Assembly: GCA_963790305.1 (NCBI GenBank)
Contig: CAWBOC010000007.1
Location: 64,001-128,000 of the forward strand
Direction: 5' to 3'
Source of the DNA: an uncultured Gemmatimonadaceae bacterium
Lineage (GTDB): Bacteria > Gemmatimonadota > Gemmatimonadetes > Gemmatimonadales > Gemmatimonadaceae
DNA: 64,000 bases
The position numbers and the translations under genes are program-made. Of this stretch, positions 51,860 to 62,946 are shown in pieces. How positions within the stretch are numbered: the first letter of the stretch is position 1; each line of letters begins with the position of its first letter. The notes under the pieces were generated by a model. It made no database searches. It had not been told where the DNA came from and saw only the letters and a list, made by a program, of their open reading frames with translations.

Positions 51860-53376
51860 GAGCGCTTTCTCGCCGATGCGCGCGTGGGTGGGCGCGTCAT
51901 TGCGATCAGCCCACGCAACGGAATCCACATCCACGTGGGGCGATTGTTCAGCTCATAGGCGAGCTCGTAGAGCACCTTCTCTGTCTCGAACAGCATGAGC
52001 AGGACGTCGAGCCGTGCGCGCGCCTGCGGCAGAAACGGCGGGTGCTCCCGCCCGTCCGGCAGATAGCCCCGCAGGAACGCTTCACGAAGCTCGCGCTCCC
52101 ACCGGTGCGCTCGCGTTCTTGCGTCGGCCTCGCCAAGGTCGGCGCGCGCCCTTTCAGCGCACGTCGCCGCGGCATAGGCGAACGAGCGCATCATGCCGGC
52201 CACGTCGCGAAGCGCCGAGTGTTTCGTACGTCGCTCCTGAAGCGGTCGCGCAGGCTCACCTTCGAAGTCAATCACGAAGAAATCTCCATCTCCCGTCTGC
52301 AGCACCTGGCCCAGGTGGTAATCCCCGTGATGGCGAATGCGGCCGCCCGCGTCCTCACCGATCTCGGTGATCCACCCGTCAACGAGCCCCCTCACGACAT
52401 CCCTCCGACCGAGCACGGCCTCGACATCTCGAGCGACTTCGCTCGACAAGGACCCGTTGGTCCCACTCCGCTCGAGCAAGTCGAACGTCTTCTCTGCCGC
52501 GAGGCGCACCGCGTTGGCCCACTCCGCGACGTCCTCCGCCGTCCCCTCCTGCGGCGCAAACGCTGGATCGTGTTCGTCGGACGCCAGCGCCAGATGCATT
52601 TCGCGCGTTACCGTCCCAAGCGTCTCTGCCTCGACGACAAACGGAATGCCCGTCGATGCGTCGACGCCAAACGCCTCGGCTCCGCGCTCGAGGGCGACCG
52701 TCCACGCATCGCGCGATCCGGGGAGGAAACGCTGGAGTATCGCCGCCACCTCGATGCCGCCCGGCGACTCGAAGCGCGCCGTCGCCAGGAGGTCCGGCGT
52801 ATGCGAGAAATGCGCGCGCGTCGTGAGGAAGTGCCCGATCTCCGCATCGGGATGCTCACCTGGCTCGAGCCGCCGATAGAGCTTCATGATCGCCACGTCG
52901 CCGAAGACGAGTGACGTGTTGCTCTGCTCCGCGCCCGCCAGCCTCGGCACGGGCAGCTCGTCAGGCATCGGAGCCCCGCGGTCGATAGCCCAGCGTACGT
53001 CGATCCCCTTCAGCCCTGTTCCTCGGGTGACGGCTTCACCAAGCGCGCGACAGAACGCCGGGTCGTCGAGCCCCTCGGCAACGTCGTCCCCCCGACCCCT
53101 GACTCCTGACTCCTGACCCCTCAGCGTCACCTGATATCGCTCGACGCCGTCCTTCAGCGCCACGTCGACGCGCGCGATCCATCCGGCCGACCCCACCGGA
53201 ACGGCATCGACGACGCGCGCGCTCTCCGGCTGGCGCCCTTTCGCGCCGAACCAGCGTCGTGTGGCGAGAAAGCGAAGGAGAGCCTCAGACGAGAGATCGC
53301 GCACGGGGTCGCTCACGCGATCGCGCTTCGGTTCGTTCCCGGAGCCGGACCGAGCCTCGAGGTCGCCGCGCATCAC
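51856..53376 (-). CDS. mak: Maltokinase (Mak/Pep2)
   Basis: [53 protein letters not shown]. Confidence 0.9.
   Translation of the reverse strand: MMRGDLEARSGSGNEPKRDRVSDPVRDLSSEALLRFLATRRWFGAKGRQPESARVVDAVPVGSAGWIARVDVALKDGVERYQVTLRGQESGVRGRGDDVAEGLDDPAFCRALGEAVTRGTGLKGIDVRWAIDRGAPMPDELPVPRLAGAEQSNTSLVFGDVAIMKLYRRLEPGEHPDAEIGHFLTTRAHFSHTPDLLATARFESPGGIEVAAILQRFLPGSRDAWTVALERGAEAFGVDASTGIPFVVEAETLGTVTREMHLALASDEHDPAFAPQEGTAEDVAEWANAVRLAAEKTFDLLERSGTNGSLSSEVARDVEAVLGRRDVVRGLVDGWITEIGEDAGGRIRHHGDYHLGQVLQTGDGDFFVIDFEGEPARPLQERRTKHSALRDVAGMMRSFAYAAATCAERARADLGEADARTRAHRWERELREAFLRGYLPDGREHPPFLPQARARLDVLLMLFETEKVLYELAYELNNRPTWMWIPLRGLIAMTRPPTRASARKRS
53088..53120. repeat. TCAGGAG-family repeat arm inside the mak coding sequence
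   Basis: CCCCCCGACCCCTGACTCCTGACTCCTGACCCC, read in frame as [10 protein letters not shown]. Confidence 0.75.
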
Positions 53377-55070
53377 TTCGGCTTCTTGAACGACGCGACG
53401 TCGGCGGGGGCGACGAGCCGGAACCAGAGAAATCCGTGCGGCGCCATGGTGAAGAAGTACGGCAGAGCGCCGACGGCGGGAAATGCTTCACAGCTCCAGA
53501 GCTCGATCGGAACCAGCCCCGAGAACTCTCGCAGGTCGAGCTCTACCGGCTGCGCATATCGGGACAGATTGTTCACGCACAGCACCACCTCGTTCTCGTA
53601 CCGGCGGAGGAAGACGAGCACCTTCTTGTTGGCCGGGTGCAGAAACTCCTGCGTGCCCCGCCCGAACGCCTTTTGCGCCTTCCGAACGCCGATGAGCCGG
53701 CGCATCCAACGGAGGAGCGACGTCGACGTCCGCTCCTGCGCCTCGACGTTGATGGTGTGGTAGCCGTACGGCGGATCGACGATGACCGGCGAGTACAGCG
53801 CCGCGCTATCGCCGTCGGAGAATCCGGCGTTCTTGTCATCGCTCCACTGCATCGGCGTGCGCACGCCGTTGCGGTCGCCGAGATAGATGTTGTCTCCCAT
53901 GCCGATCTCGTCGCCGTAGTACACGACCGGCGTCCCCGGCATCGACATGAGGAGCGCGTTCATCAGCTCCATCTGCCGGCGCCCGTTATCCATCAGCGGG
54001 GCGAGTCGGCGGCGGATACCCAGGTTGATGCGCATCCGCTTGTCGCGCGCATACTCCCGGTACATGTAGTCGCGCTCCTCGTCCGTCACCATCTCGAGCG
54101 TCAGCTCATCGTGGTTGCGAAGGAAGATCGCCCACTGACAGTTGTCCGGGATCTTCGGGGTGCGCGCCATGATCTCGACGATCGGCGTGCGATCTTCCCG
54201 CCGGACGGCCATGAACATCCGCGGCATGAGGGGGAAGTGGAACGCCATGTGGCACTCGTCCCCATCGCCGAAGTACGGCCGCACATCGGCCGGCCACTGG
54301 TTCGCCTCGGCGAGGAAAATCCGGTTGGGAAACTCGGCGTCCATCGCGGCACGAAGCTGCTTGAGCACGACGTGCGTCTCCGGAATGTTCTCGCACGACG
54401 TGCCCTCGCGCTCGATGAGGTACGGAATCGCGTCCAGCCGCAGCCCGTCGACACCCATGCGCAGCCAGAAGCGCATGACGTTGATCACCGCCTCGATGAC
54501 CTTGGGATTCTCGAAGTTCAGGTCAGGCTGATGGCTGAAGAACCGGTGCCAGTAGAACTGCTGCGCGATGCCGTCCCATGCCCAGTTCGACTTTTCGGTA
54601 TCGGTGAAGATGATCCGCGCATCCTTGTACTTGTTGGGATCATCGCTCCACACATACCACTCGCGCTCCGCCGATCCTTTCGGGGCGGCGCGCGCTCGCT
54701 GGAACCACGGGTGCTGGTCGGAGGTGTGGTTGATCACCAGCTCGGTGATGACGCGTATTCCACGATCGTGCGCTTCCTTCAGGAACGCCTTGAAGTGCTC
54801 GACCAGGCCGTACGTTTCGTGAATCTCTTCGTACGACGCGATGTCGTAGCCATCGTCCTTGAGCGGCGACGGATAGAACGGGAGGATCCAGATGGCGTTG
54901 ACGCCGAGGGTCTGTACGTAGTCGAGCTGCGACGTGAGGCCGGCAAAGTCACCATAGCCGTCGGCATTGCTGTCGAAGAACGCCTTCACGTGCACCTGAT
55001 AAATGATCGCGTCCTTGTACCAGTTCGGGTCATCGGAAAGCGGCTCCGCTGGCATCTTCTCCCGCTTCAT
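53373..55070 (-). CDS. treS: Trehalose synthase (maltose alpha-D-glucosyltransferase)
   Basis: [70 protein letters not shown]. Confidence 0.97.
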   Translation of the reverse strand: MKREKMPAEPLSDDPNWYKDAIIYQVHVKAFFDSNADGYGDFAGLTSQLDYVQTLGVNAIWILPFYPSPLKDDGYDIASYEEIHETYGLVEHFKAFLKEAHDRGIRVITELVINHTSDQHPWFQRARAAPKGSAEREWYVWSDDPNKYKDARIIFTDTEKSNWAWDGIAQQFYWHRFFSHQPDLNFENPKVIEAVINVMRFWLRMGVDGLRLDAIPYLIEREGTSCENIPETHVVLKQLRAAMDAEFPNRIFLAEANQWPADVRPYFGDGDECHMAFHFPLMPRMFMAVRREDRTPIVEIMARTPKIPDNCQWAIFLRNHDELTLEMVTDEERDYMYREYARDKRMRINLGIRRRLAPLMDNGRRQMELMNALLMSMPGTPVVYYGDEIGMGDNIYLGDRNGVRTPMQWSDDKNAGFSDGDSAALYSPVIVDPPYGYHTINVEAQERTSTSLLRWMRRLIGVRKAQKAFGRGTQEFLHPANKKVLVFLRRYENEVVLCVNNLSRYAQPVELDLREFSGLVPIELWSCEAFPAVGALPYFFTMAPHGFLWFRLVAPADVASFKKPK

Positions 55071-57079
55071 GCCGCTCCTCCGCGCTCCAGCCGAAGGATG
55101 TGCGCCGGCTCCTGCGACGGGTCGAGCCGCACGTAGTTGCGGGCGCCGCGCCAGCGGAACTGCGCTCCGGTCAGGAGATCCGTGACCGCGTACACGGCAT
55201 CACTGGCAATCCCGAGTGCGTCGAGTGGCATGTGCACCATCGACTCGTGCGCGCGCAGCGGATCGAGGTTCACCACCACGAAGAGATCGTTCGACTGATC
55301 GGGCATGGACTTGTGATAGAACAGGATCTGGTCGTTCTCGCTGCGGAGGAACGTGAGATTGTCGGCGCGCTGGAGCGACGGATTCTCGCGGCGGATGCGG
55401 TTGATGCGACGAATCTCCGCATCGAGGTTGCCCGGCGTGGCGAAGTCGCGTGGGCGCAGCTCGTACTTCTCGGAGTTGAGATATTCCTCGCTGCCCACGC
55501 GCACCGGCACGTTCTCGTACAGCTCGTACCCGCTATAGATGCCGTAGAGCGGTGAGAGCGTCGCGGCGAGGATGAGTCGGATGCGAAATGCCGGGCGGCC
55601 GCCATGCTGCAGATACTCGTGCAGAATATCCGGTGTGTTGGCGAACAGGTTCCCGCGGTAATACTGGAGCACGTCGGGATCGCTGAACTCGCGCATCCAC
55701 TCGCGAATCTCGTACGTGCTGTTCTTCCAGGTGAAGTACGTGTACGACTGACTGAAGCCGAGCTTCGCGAGGTAGAGCAGCTTCTTTGGACGCGTGAAGG
55801 CTTCCGAGAGGAAGACGATGTCAGGATCGGTTCGCTTGATGTCGGCAATGACCCATTCCCAGAACGCGAACGGCTTCGTGTGCGGATTATCGACGCGAAA
55901 CGTTCGAACGCCGCGCGCCATCCAGAATCGGAAGACCTCCAGACACGCGTTCCAGAGCGCCTCGCGATCATCGGTCCAGAAGTTCAGCGGATAGATGTCC
56001 TGGTACTTCTTCGGCGGATTCTCCGCGTACTGGATGCTTCCGTCAGGGCGAATCTTGAACCAGTCGGGATGCTCGCGGACCCAGGGATGGTCGGGTGATG
56101 TTTGCAGGGCGTAGTCGAGCGCGACCTCGAGACCGAGGTCGCTCGCGCGCTTCACGAATCGCTCGAAGTCGGCGAGCGTCCCGAGCTGCGGGTGAACGGC
56201 GGTGTGCCCGCCCTCTTCGCTTCCGATTGCCCATGGGCTTCCGACGTCGCCCTTGAGCGGGTTGAGCGTGTTGTTCTTCCCCTTGCGGAAGTTCGTTCCA
56301 ATCGGATGGATCGGCGGGAGGTACACGACGTCGAAGCCGAGCTGCGCGATGCGCGGCAGCTGTCGCTCGGCATCCGCGAACGTGCCGTGACGCTTGGGAT
56401 CGCCCGACTGCGAGCGCGGAAACATCTCGTACCAGGCCGCGAACGCCGCCCGGACTCGATCGACCGTGATGAGGAGCTGGCGTGAGTACTCCGTCAGGTC
56501 GTCCCGGGCCGGATGCTGCGTAACCAGCGCGAGGAGCGCTGGGTCCAGTGCCGCCCGCGCACGATCGGCGGCACCCGTGTTCGTGTCGCGCAGTGCCTGG
56601 GCGGCTTGCGTCAGCGATGCCCGCGCTCCGCGATCCTTGCACGCCCGCGCCGCACGCTCCACGATCGCGCCGCCTTCGAGGAGCTCGACCGCGACATCCT
56701 GACCGGCGGCGACCTTCTTCTCGAGCCCCGAGCGCCACGTCGCGAATACATCGGTCCAGGCCTCGACGGTGAACCGCCACTCCCCAACGCGATCGAGCAG
56801 AAACGCGCCCGCCCAGCGATCGGTGTCGGCGTCGTACGGCATCGCGACATACGCCCATTCACCCTCCGTCGGACACCGATATCGCACGCGAGCAGCGAGC
56901 TGGTCGTGTCCATCCTTGAAGATGTCCGCCGACACGACGCAGGCTTCCCCCAGTACGCGCTTGGCGGGAAAGCGTCCGGCATCGATTTCGGGGCGTACGC
57001 GCTCGATCACGATCGGCGCCAGTCCTCTCGACCCGACAGATCGCGAGGCACGGCGCGGTGTTCGTGTGGGTGCCGACAT
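55067..57079 (-). CDS. glgE: Alpha-1,4-glucan:maltose-1-phosphate maltosyltransferase
   Basis: [64 protein letters not shown]. Confidence 0.97.
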   Translation of the reverse strand: MSAPTRTPRRASRSVGSRGLAPIVIERVRPEIDAGRFPAKRVLGEACVVSADIFKDGHDQLAARVRYRCPTEGEWAYVAMPYDADTDRWAGAFLLDRVGEWRFTVEAWTDVFATWRSGLEKKVAAGQDVAVELLEGGAIVERAARACKDRGARASLTQAAQALRDTNTGAADRARAALDPALLALVTQHPARDDLTEYSRQLLITVDRVRAAFAAWYEMFPRSQSGDPKRHGTFADAERQLPRIAQLGFDVVYLPPIHPIGTNFRKGKNNTLNPLKGDVGSPWAIGSEEGGHTAVHPQLGTLADFERFVKRASDLGLEVALDYALQTSPDHPWVREHPDWFKIRPDGSIQYAENPPKKYQDIYPLNFWTDDREALWNACLEVFRFWMARGVRTFRVDNPHTKPFAFWEWVIADIKRTDPDIVFLSEAFTRPKKLLYLAKLGFSQSYTYFTWKNSTYEIREWMREFSDPDVLQYYRGNLFANTPDILHEYLQHGGRPAFRIRLILAATLSPLYGIYSGYELYENVPVRVGSEEYLNSEKYELRPRDFATPGNLDAEIRRINRIRRENPSLQRADNLTFLRSENDQILFYHKSMPDQSNDLFVVVNLDPLRAHESMVHMPLDALGIASDAVYAVTDLLTGAQFRWRGARNYVRLDPSQEPAHILRLERGGAA

Positions 57080-57138
57080 GTCGTGCAGTGGTGGGAAAAT
57101 GGGGGCGGCTACGCGCGTTCAACCCGCGGGGCCGCTAA

Positions 57139-57154
57139 AGCAAGTTCCAGTCCG
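57139..57154 (-). promoter_or_regulatory. Candidate sigma54 promoter for the glgE operon
   Basis: CGGACTGGAACTTGCT (GG-N10-GC with TTGCT), 60 nt above the glgE ATG. Confidence 0.4.
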
Positions 57155-57216
57155 ATCGCGGGAACATGCACACACTGTTCTGCGGGCGGGAGAGCGGCGC
57201 GCCGGGCCTCGCCGGG

Positions 57217-57580
57217 AACGGCAAGGATAACAGAATTCAGAACGCAGAATTCAGAACGCAGAATTCAGAGCTTGCATCCAGGCATCCAGGTTCAAGGGCA
57301 CGCGCGGAGTGCGCGGATGCAGCGGATCAGGCGGATGCTCTGCCGGCGTGATCTTTCCTCGACAGGAGAAAAAAACGGGTGCTTTGTTCCGCGTGATGAG
57401 AGTTGGCCGGCACCGGGAACGATCCGCCTGATCCGTTGCATCCGCCTAATCCGCGTCCCTCCTTGGAACCTGGATGCCAGTCGAGCAAGCACACCAGGTG
57501 AAACGAACCGGGGAGCCGTCTCCGGCTCCCCGTACCGTGTCCCGAATTCTGTATTCTGAATTCTGTCATCTTTGCCGTTG
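57217..57580. repeat. Composite palindrome: CAGAATT-heptamer element interrupted by a ~220-bp inner palindrome with GCGGATnnn 9-mer units
   Basis: Outer AACGGCAAGGATAACAGAATTCAGAA / TTCTGAATTCTGTCATCTTTGCCGTT; inner GGCATCCAGGTTCAAGG / CCTTGGAACCTGGATGCC and GCGGATGCAGCGGATCAGGCGGAT / ATCCGCCTGATCCGTTGCATCCGC. Confidence 0.9.
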
Positions 57581-57582
57581 GC

Positions 57583-58128
57583 CTACGGCTTCGACACCGC
57601 CGGCGCATCCTCGAGGCCCGCCCCCTCGGCGTTCCGGTGAAGCCGCGTTCCGCAGTAGACGTCCAGCGCGGCAACGCCGAGCACGGCCGCGGTCGCCGCG
57701 ACCACGCGACCCTTCTGAGCGTTGTCCGATCGGAGCGCCGAGCCCAGTAGCGCGAGATCCAGGGCGTCCCCCGCCACGCGACCCCACATCCAGCGTGTCG
57801 GCCTGCGCTGGGAAAGGATCCCGATGCCGCTCGCGATCTCCCGCACCCCCATCCCACGCACGACGCGACGATTCGCCTCGTCCTGCTCGAGGCCTGCCAG
57901 CCGCGCAACGCTGTGCGGCGCAACGATTTCGGCTATACCAACCCCAATGCTGAGCCAGCCGAGCGCGCGGGCGAGCCGTTCGCCCTGTCGATCGTCCCCC
58001 GGCTCCGAGGCATCTTCGGCGTGGTCGAAATTCGTCCGTCCGCGCCGCGCAGGACGCGTCTGCGCACGACGGCTGCTGCGTGCGGCAACCCTCGGGTTCG
58101 CGTCGTCGGTCGTTAGGTACGAATCCAT
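57583..58128 (-). CDS. Membrane protein resembling the N-terminal region of cyclase/SRPBCC-type stress proteins
   Basis: LARALGWLSIGVGIAEIVAP..GVREIASGIGIL..WMWGRVAGDALDLALL; GAGGAG RBS. Confidence 0.75.
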   Translation of the reverse strand: MDSYLTTDDANPRVAARSSRRAQTRPARRGRTNFDHAEDASEPGDDRQGERLARALGWLSIGVGIAEIVAPHSVARLAGLEQDEANRRVVRGMGVREIASGIGILSQRRPTRWMWGRVAGDALDLALLGSALRSDNAQKGRVVAATAAVLGVAALDVYCGTRLHRNAEGAGLEDAPAVSKP

Positions 58129-58393
58129 CTGCCACCAACTCCTCAGGAGGGAGTTGCCGGGGAAAGCATTGGTCGTGCCCGCGGCCTGCACGGGGGGAGG
58201 ATTCCTTCAATGTCGACGGACGCCTCAGGGAGCGGGCCATAGGTGCGGAAGGCGTAAGAAGATTGTTGCGGTGCGCATCCTCTCGCCCCTAATGTGAGAG
58301 CGACATAATACTGTATAGCTCAGCTAGATCGCCGAGGATCCTTTCCATGGGTCGCTCGCTCATGCATCAGCATCCCACCCCGCCGCACACGAT

Positions 58394-61037
58394 TTGAGTA
58401 CTGAGGCTGTCCTGGATCGGCTGCGCGCCTCGCTTGCGGGGCGCTACGAGGTACAACGCGAGCTGGGTCGCGGTGGCTTCGCGACCGTGTATCTGGCCGT
58501 CGACGTGCGCCATGGGCGCATGGTCGCGATCAAGGTGCTGCATCCCGAGCTGATGGGCACGCTCCAGTCGGAGCGATTCCTTCGCGAGATTCGCGTCGTC
58601 GCGCACCTCAACCATCCGCACATCCTGCCGATGCTGGATTCAGGCGAGGCGGATGGGCTGCTCTTCTTCGCGATGCCGTACGTCGAGGGAGAAACGCTGC
58701 GCGACTGTCTCGGCCGGGAGAAGCAGCTTTCCATTGGCGAGGCGCTCCGCATCACGGCCGAGATCGCCGACGGGCTTTCCTACGCACACTCGCGTGGTCT
58801 CGTCCACCGGGACATCAAGCCCGAGAACATCCTGCTTTCCAGCGGCCACGCCGTCGTGACCGATTTTGGTATCGGGCGCGCAATCGATCAGTCGGCCGGC
58901 GAACGTCTCACCTACACCGGCATGGCGACCGGGTCGCCGGCGTACATGAGTCCCGAGCAATGGACCTCGGACGATCGAGTCGATGGCCGCAGCGATGAGT
59001 ACAGCCTCGCGTGCATGCTGTACGAGATGCTCGTGGGCGAGCCCCCCTTCTCCGGCGCCTCGCCGAACGCGCTCATGGCCAGGCACAACATGTCGCCGGT
59101 GCCTTCGGTCCGAACCGTTCGCCCGAACGTGCCCGAGGCGGTCGATGAGGCGATCGCGCGCGCGATGGAGAAGATCCCCGCCGACCGCTACCCGACGGTC
59201 ACCGTGTTCGCCGAAGCGCTTGCCGCCGCGCCGGCACCGGTGCGTGCCACGGCCGAGGACCCCATTGCCGTTCTGTCGGACCGGCGGGCGTCGCGCAAGA
59301 GATTCCGCTTCACGCGAACGCAGTTAGGCATCGCCGCGGCGATCGTCCTCGTTGCGGTGCTCGGCTACTTCGCCTATCAACAGTTCGGAGCAGACACGAG
59401 CTACACGCGCCTCGTCGTCATTCCCTTCAGGAATCTGGGCGACGGTGACGACGCGTATCTCGTCGACGGCATCACCGGCGAGCTGACCAACAAGCTCTCT
59501 GGAATCGGAAGCCTCGGCGTCATCGCCCGCACCAGCGCGGTGCAATATCGAAACAGCGGCAAGACCGCGCGTGAGATCGGGCGCGAGCTCCAGGTACAGT
59601 ATCTGATCGAAGGCGACGTTCGGCGTGAGCTCCCGAACGGGCACGAAGGAACCATTCACGTCAACGCGCGACTGGTTCGCACTCGCGACCAGACGCAGAT
59701 CTGGACCCAGGACTACGATGTCGAAGCAGCCGACGTCACTGACGTCCAGTCCCAGATCGCTCAGCGGGTCGCGGACGAGCTTGACCTCGTGCTGCTCGGA
59801 CCAGAGCGCCAACGGCTGGCTCGTCGCGCGACTGACGACGCACAAGCGTACGACTCCTACCTGCGCGGCAACGCGTACTACGAGCGCAGCTGGTCGAGGC
59901 CGGATGTCGAAGCGGCGGTCGAGATGTATCAGAAGGCAGTCGAAATCGATCCGGACTATGCGCTCGCCTACGCGAAACTGGCGCAGGCGCATGCCTGGAT
60001 GCACCAGCTGCGCTACGACCTGAGCGAGGACCGGCTCGTCGCCGCCAAACGTGCCGCGGATCGCGCGGTCGCGCTCGATCGTGACGCCCCCGAGGTCCAC
60101 GTCGCGCTCGGGCTGTACTACTACTGGGGGCGTACCGATTACGCGCGCGCGGTCGAGGAATTCACGATCGCCAAGGACCTGCAGCCCAGCAACGCGCTCG
60201 CGTTCCGCCAGATCGGCAACGTGCAGCGTCGTCAGGGGCGCTTCGCCGAAGCAATCGAGAGCTATCGCAGGGCCGCCGATCTCGACCCGAGATCCCACCA
60301 GGCGTGGTTCAATCTCGGCGAAACGCATCTCGTTCATGCGCAATTACGAGGAGACGGCTCGATATCTCGAGCGGGTAACGGCGCTGGCCCCCGAGTTCCT
60401 CGAGGGCTATGTGCAGCGTGCCCGTCTCTCAATAAGCGCGCGCGGCGATCTCGACGGTGCCCAGCGTATTCTGAGGCAGGCGGAGGAACGGATCGCGCCC
60501 ACGGCGTGGCGCGCCCCGATGCTCGACTTTGCCCGCATCATCTATCATCCGCAGCTCGATGAGTTTCTCGCGCGCATGCGACCCGGGGCGTACGGGCTCG
60601 ACAGCGCGTCGTATCACGTCATGAAGGGCACGATGTACCTTCAGCTCCAGCGAGCACCGCAAGCGACCGCGCAATTCGACTCCGGCCGCACTCACCTGGA
60701 AATCATGCGGAAGGATCAGCCCGACCAGGCCTGGATTCATGGATTGCTCGGCATCGCGTACGCCGGGCTCAAACGCGGGGACGAGGCCATCAGGTCCGCC
60801 GAGAGAGCCGAGCAGCTGCTTCCGGTCTCGAAGGACGCCCTGGATGGACCGGAATGGGTGATCAACCTGGGTCTGATTCACGCGATGCTCGGCAACGAAG
60901 CGAAGGCGATCGAGTATTACGGGAAAGCCTTATCGATCCCCTCATGGGTCTCGAGCAACTCGCTGCGTCGCGATCCGGTCCTTGCGACGCTCAACCGCAA
61001 CCCCGACTTCCAGCGACTGCTCGCGTCCCGCCCGTGA
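58394..61037 (+). CDS. Hanks-type Ser/Thr protein kinase with TM segment, TolB-N-like domain and TPRs; one insertion near 60332
   Basis: LGRGGFATVY, VAIK, HRDIKPEN, DFG, YMSPEQ; LVVIPFRN..DGITGELTNKLS; TPR helices continuing in ORF 60051-61037. Confidence 0.92.
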
Positions 61038-61040
61038 CGG

Positions 61041-61925
61041 TCAGGCTCGCGCGCCTTGCGACGGGGGGCGCAGCCGGGAGCCGCGACAGCAGCCACGCCC
61101 CAGTGCCGCGAGCATCCTCGCAATGAAGTTCACCGCGGCGGGCCGCGGCCGGGTGTAGGCAACGTAGTCCGCCCACGCAAACAGCTCGAGCCCCGATCGA
61201 GCGACGCCGCCGATCTTGCGCCGTTGCAGCGCGGCACGGCGCGCACGCCATGTGTTACGAGCGCCGATCGCCCGCTTGCGTGCATCATGACTCTGTGAAT
61301 CGGGAAGGTCGCGATAGTAATACAGCACCGCGTCGACAAAAACCGGGCGCGTGATCTCCTCCAGCTTGTAGACGAGGTCGCGATCCTCGGCGTAGAGCAT
61401 CGTCGCATCCAGACCAGCGGTCCGGGCGTATGCACCGCGACGAAAGCTGCGAATCGCTCCGACGACGCCTTCGAGAATCGCAGTTCCGCCGTCGGGGATG
61501 GCGCTGCCGTGGACCGCGCCTTGTCGTACGAGGGTCTCGTCATACACCGCATACCGCGAGTAGACGAACTCGACCGATTCGTCCGTTCCGTAGGCGGCCA
61601 GCAAACGCTCGGTCGCGTCGTCGGAGATCGCGTCATCGGCATCGAGGATCGCGACAATGTCCGTGGACGCTTCGGCGATGAGCCGCTTCAATGTGGCGAT
61701 GTAGCCCACGTTGCGCGGGTTGACGACGAGCCTGATGCGCTCATCGACGAAAGGCGCGATCGCGCTCAGCGAGTCGTCCGTGCTGGCATCGTCAGCGATG
61801 ATCGCGAGCCAGTTCGGGCTCGTCTGCCGGCGGATCGACTCCAGACAGGCAGCAACGAACGGACCGCGGTTGTGGTTCGCGATCAGATACGTGATGCGCT
61901 CGGCCGCTCCGCGCGCGTTAGGCAC
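61041..61925 (-). CDS. Glycosyltransferase family 2
   Basis: IANHN, DDASTD, LDADD, AEDRD. Confidence 0.9.
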   Translation of the reverse strand: MPNARGAAERITYLIANHNRGPFVAACLESIRRQTSPNWLAIIADDASTDDSLSAIAPFVDERIRLVVNPRNVGYIATLKRLIAEASTDIVAILDADDAISDDATERLLAAYGTDESVEFVYSRYAVYDETLVRQGAVHGSAIPDGGTAILEGVVGAIRSFRRGAYARTAGLDATMLYAEDRDLVYKLEEITRPVFVDAVLYYYRDLPDSQSHDARKRAIGARNTWRARRAALQRRKIGGVARSGLELFAWADYVAYTRPRPAAVNFIARMLAALGRGCCRGSRLRPPSQGARA

Positions 61926-62946
61926 GCTCCCGCTCGTGCTCGATGACCATTGGGGCAGTGAGGAGCCGGCTCACGATCGCGCCCGCCTCCGCGATCGAGT
62001 CTGCGCGGTGCACGCCTTCGATCCCGGTCGTCCACGCGGCGATGAAGCTCGAGAGCTTTCCGTAGCTGTTGTCGAGCACCACGTGGGGCAGATCCAGTAA
62101 TAAGGAAAGGATATGCCCGTGGAGCCGATCGGTCACCACGACGTGCCCGGCGGCCAGGGTGCGCAGCCCGCGCTCCAGGCGTTCGCGCGCAAGCGGTTCG
62201 TACACGCTCCTGAGGAGCGGCCTCGCCAGTTTTCCGAGCGCGGGACGCATGACGGCGCCGGTGAGCGCGTAGCTCAGCGACCTCAGCCGCGTCGGCGGCT
62301 CATCCAGCCAGTCGACTCGCACGCCGCTCGCGACCGGGCTGGTCGCTGAAGCGGATTCCTTGTCGCTGCGCAGCAACCACACCGCGGGATGCACTGGCCG
62401 CCTCGGCCGATCGAGCGGGCCGAGCGCGAAGGCCATGTCGGGACAGAGATGCGCGGGCACGCTGAACTGGTTCGTCGCGATCTCGAGGCTCCGGCGATCG
62501 CGCACGAACAGCGTGAGGTTGTCATGTGCATTCATCGCCGCACGCGCGCGTTGCAGCGCCTGGACGTTCTCGAAGTGGATGGTCTGCGGCAGCTGGACGA
62601 TCGGATTGCGAGGAAAAGCGCGAACGATCTCCTCCCGAAGCTCCTGCGCCGTGGGCCACAGATCCCCGAAGCTCCCGCCCCCGGTGAGCAGGATCGTTCC
62701 TGTCTGCCCAATGCGCTTTGCAAGCTCCGCGCGATCGTACGTGCGGAAGTCGCAGATGAATCGCGGCCGCGGTGCCCCGAGTGCGCGAAGACACGCGAGT
62801 TGGCCCAGGTAGATCGCGCTGTCGCCGACGTTCGAGTAGTTGGGAAAGTCGATCATCGCAAATGCGTCGAGGCGTGCGATGAACGGGCGGAGTATCTCCA
62901 GCAGCTGCGTGCGCAGCGTTCGGACCGCCGCCACGCGGCTGATCAC
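61918..62946 (-). CDS. Polysaccharide pyruvyltransferase family protein
   Basis: NVGDSAI, GGGSFGDLW, QLPQT, VRD, CPDMAF, TDRLHGHI. Confidence 0.9.
   Translation of the reverse strand: MISRVAAVRTLRTQLLEILRPFIARLDAFAMIDFPNYSNVGDSAIYLGQLACLRALGAPRPRFICDFRTYDRAELAKRIGQTGTILLTGGGSFGDLWPTAQELREEIVRAFPRNPIVQLPQTIHFENVQALQRARAAMNAHDNLTLFVRDRRSLEIATNQFSVPAHLCPDMAFALGPLDRPRRPVHPAVWLLRSDKESASATSPVASGVRVDWLDEPPTRLRSLSYALTGAVMRPALGKLARPLLRSVYEPLARERLERGLRTLAAGHVVVTDRLHGHILSLLLDLPHVVLDNSYGKLSSFIAAWTTGIEGVHRADSIAEAGAIVSRLLTAPMVIEHERERA

Noticed and set aside
58221..58240. Sigma54 promoter for the 57583-58128 gene (TGGCCCGCTCCCTGAG on the minus strand)
   Set aside because: The -12 element is GA rather than the conserved GC.
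58305..58330. LexA/SOS box upstream of the kinase (TACTGTATAGCTCAGCTAG)
   Set aside because: It lacks the CTGT-N8-ACAG symmetry; more likely just an AT-rich promoter region.
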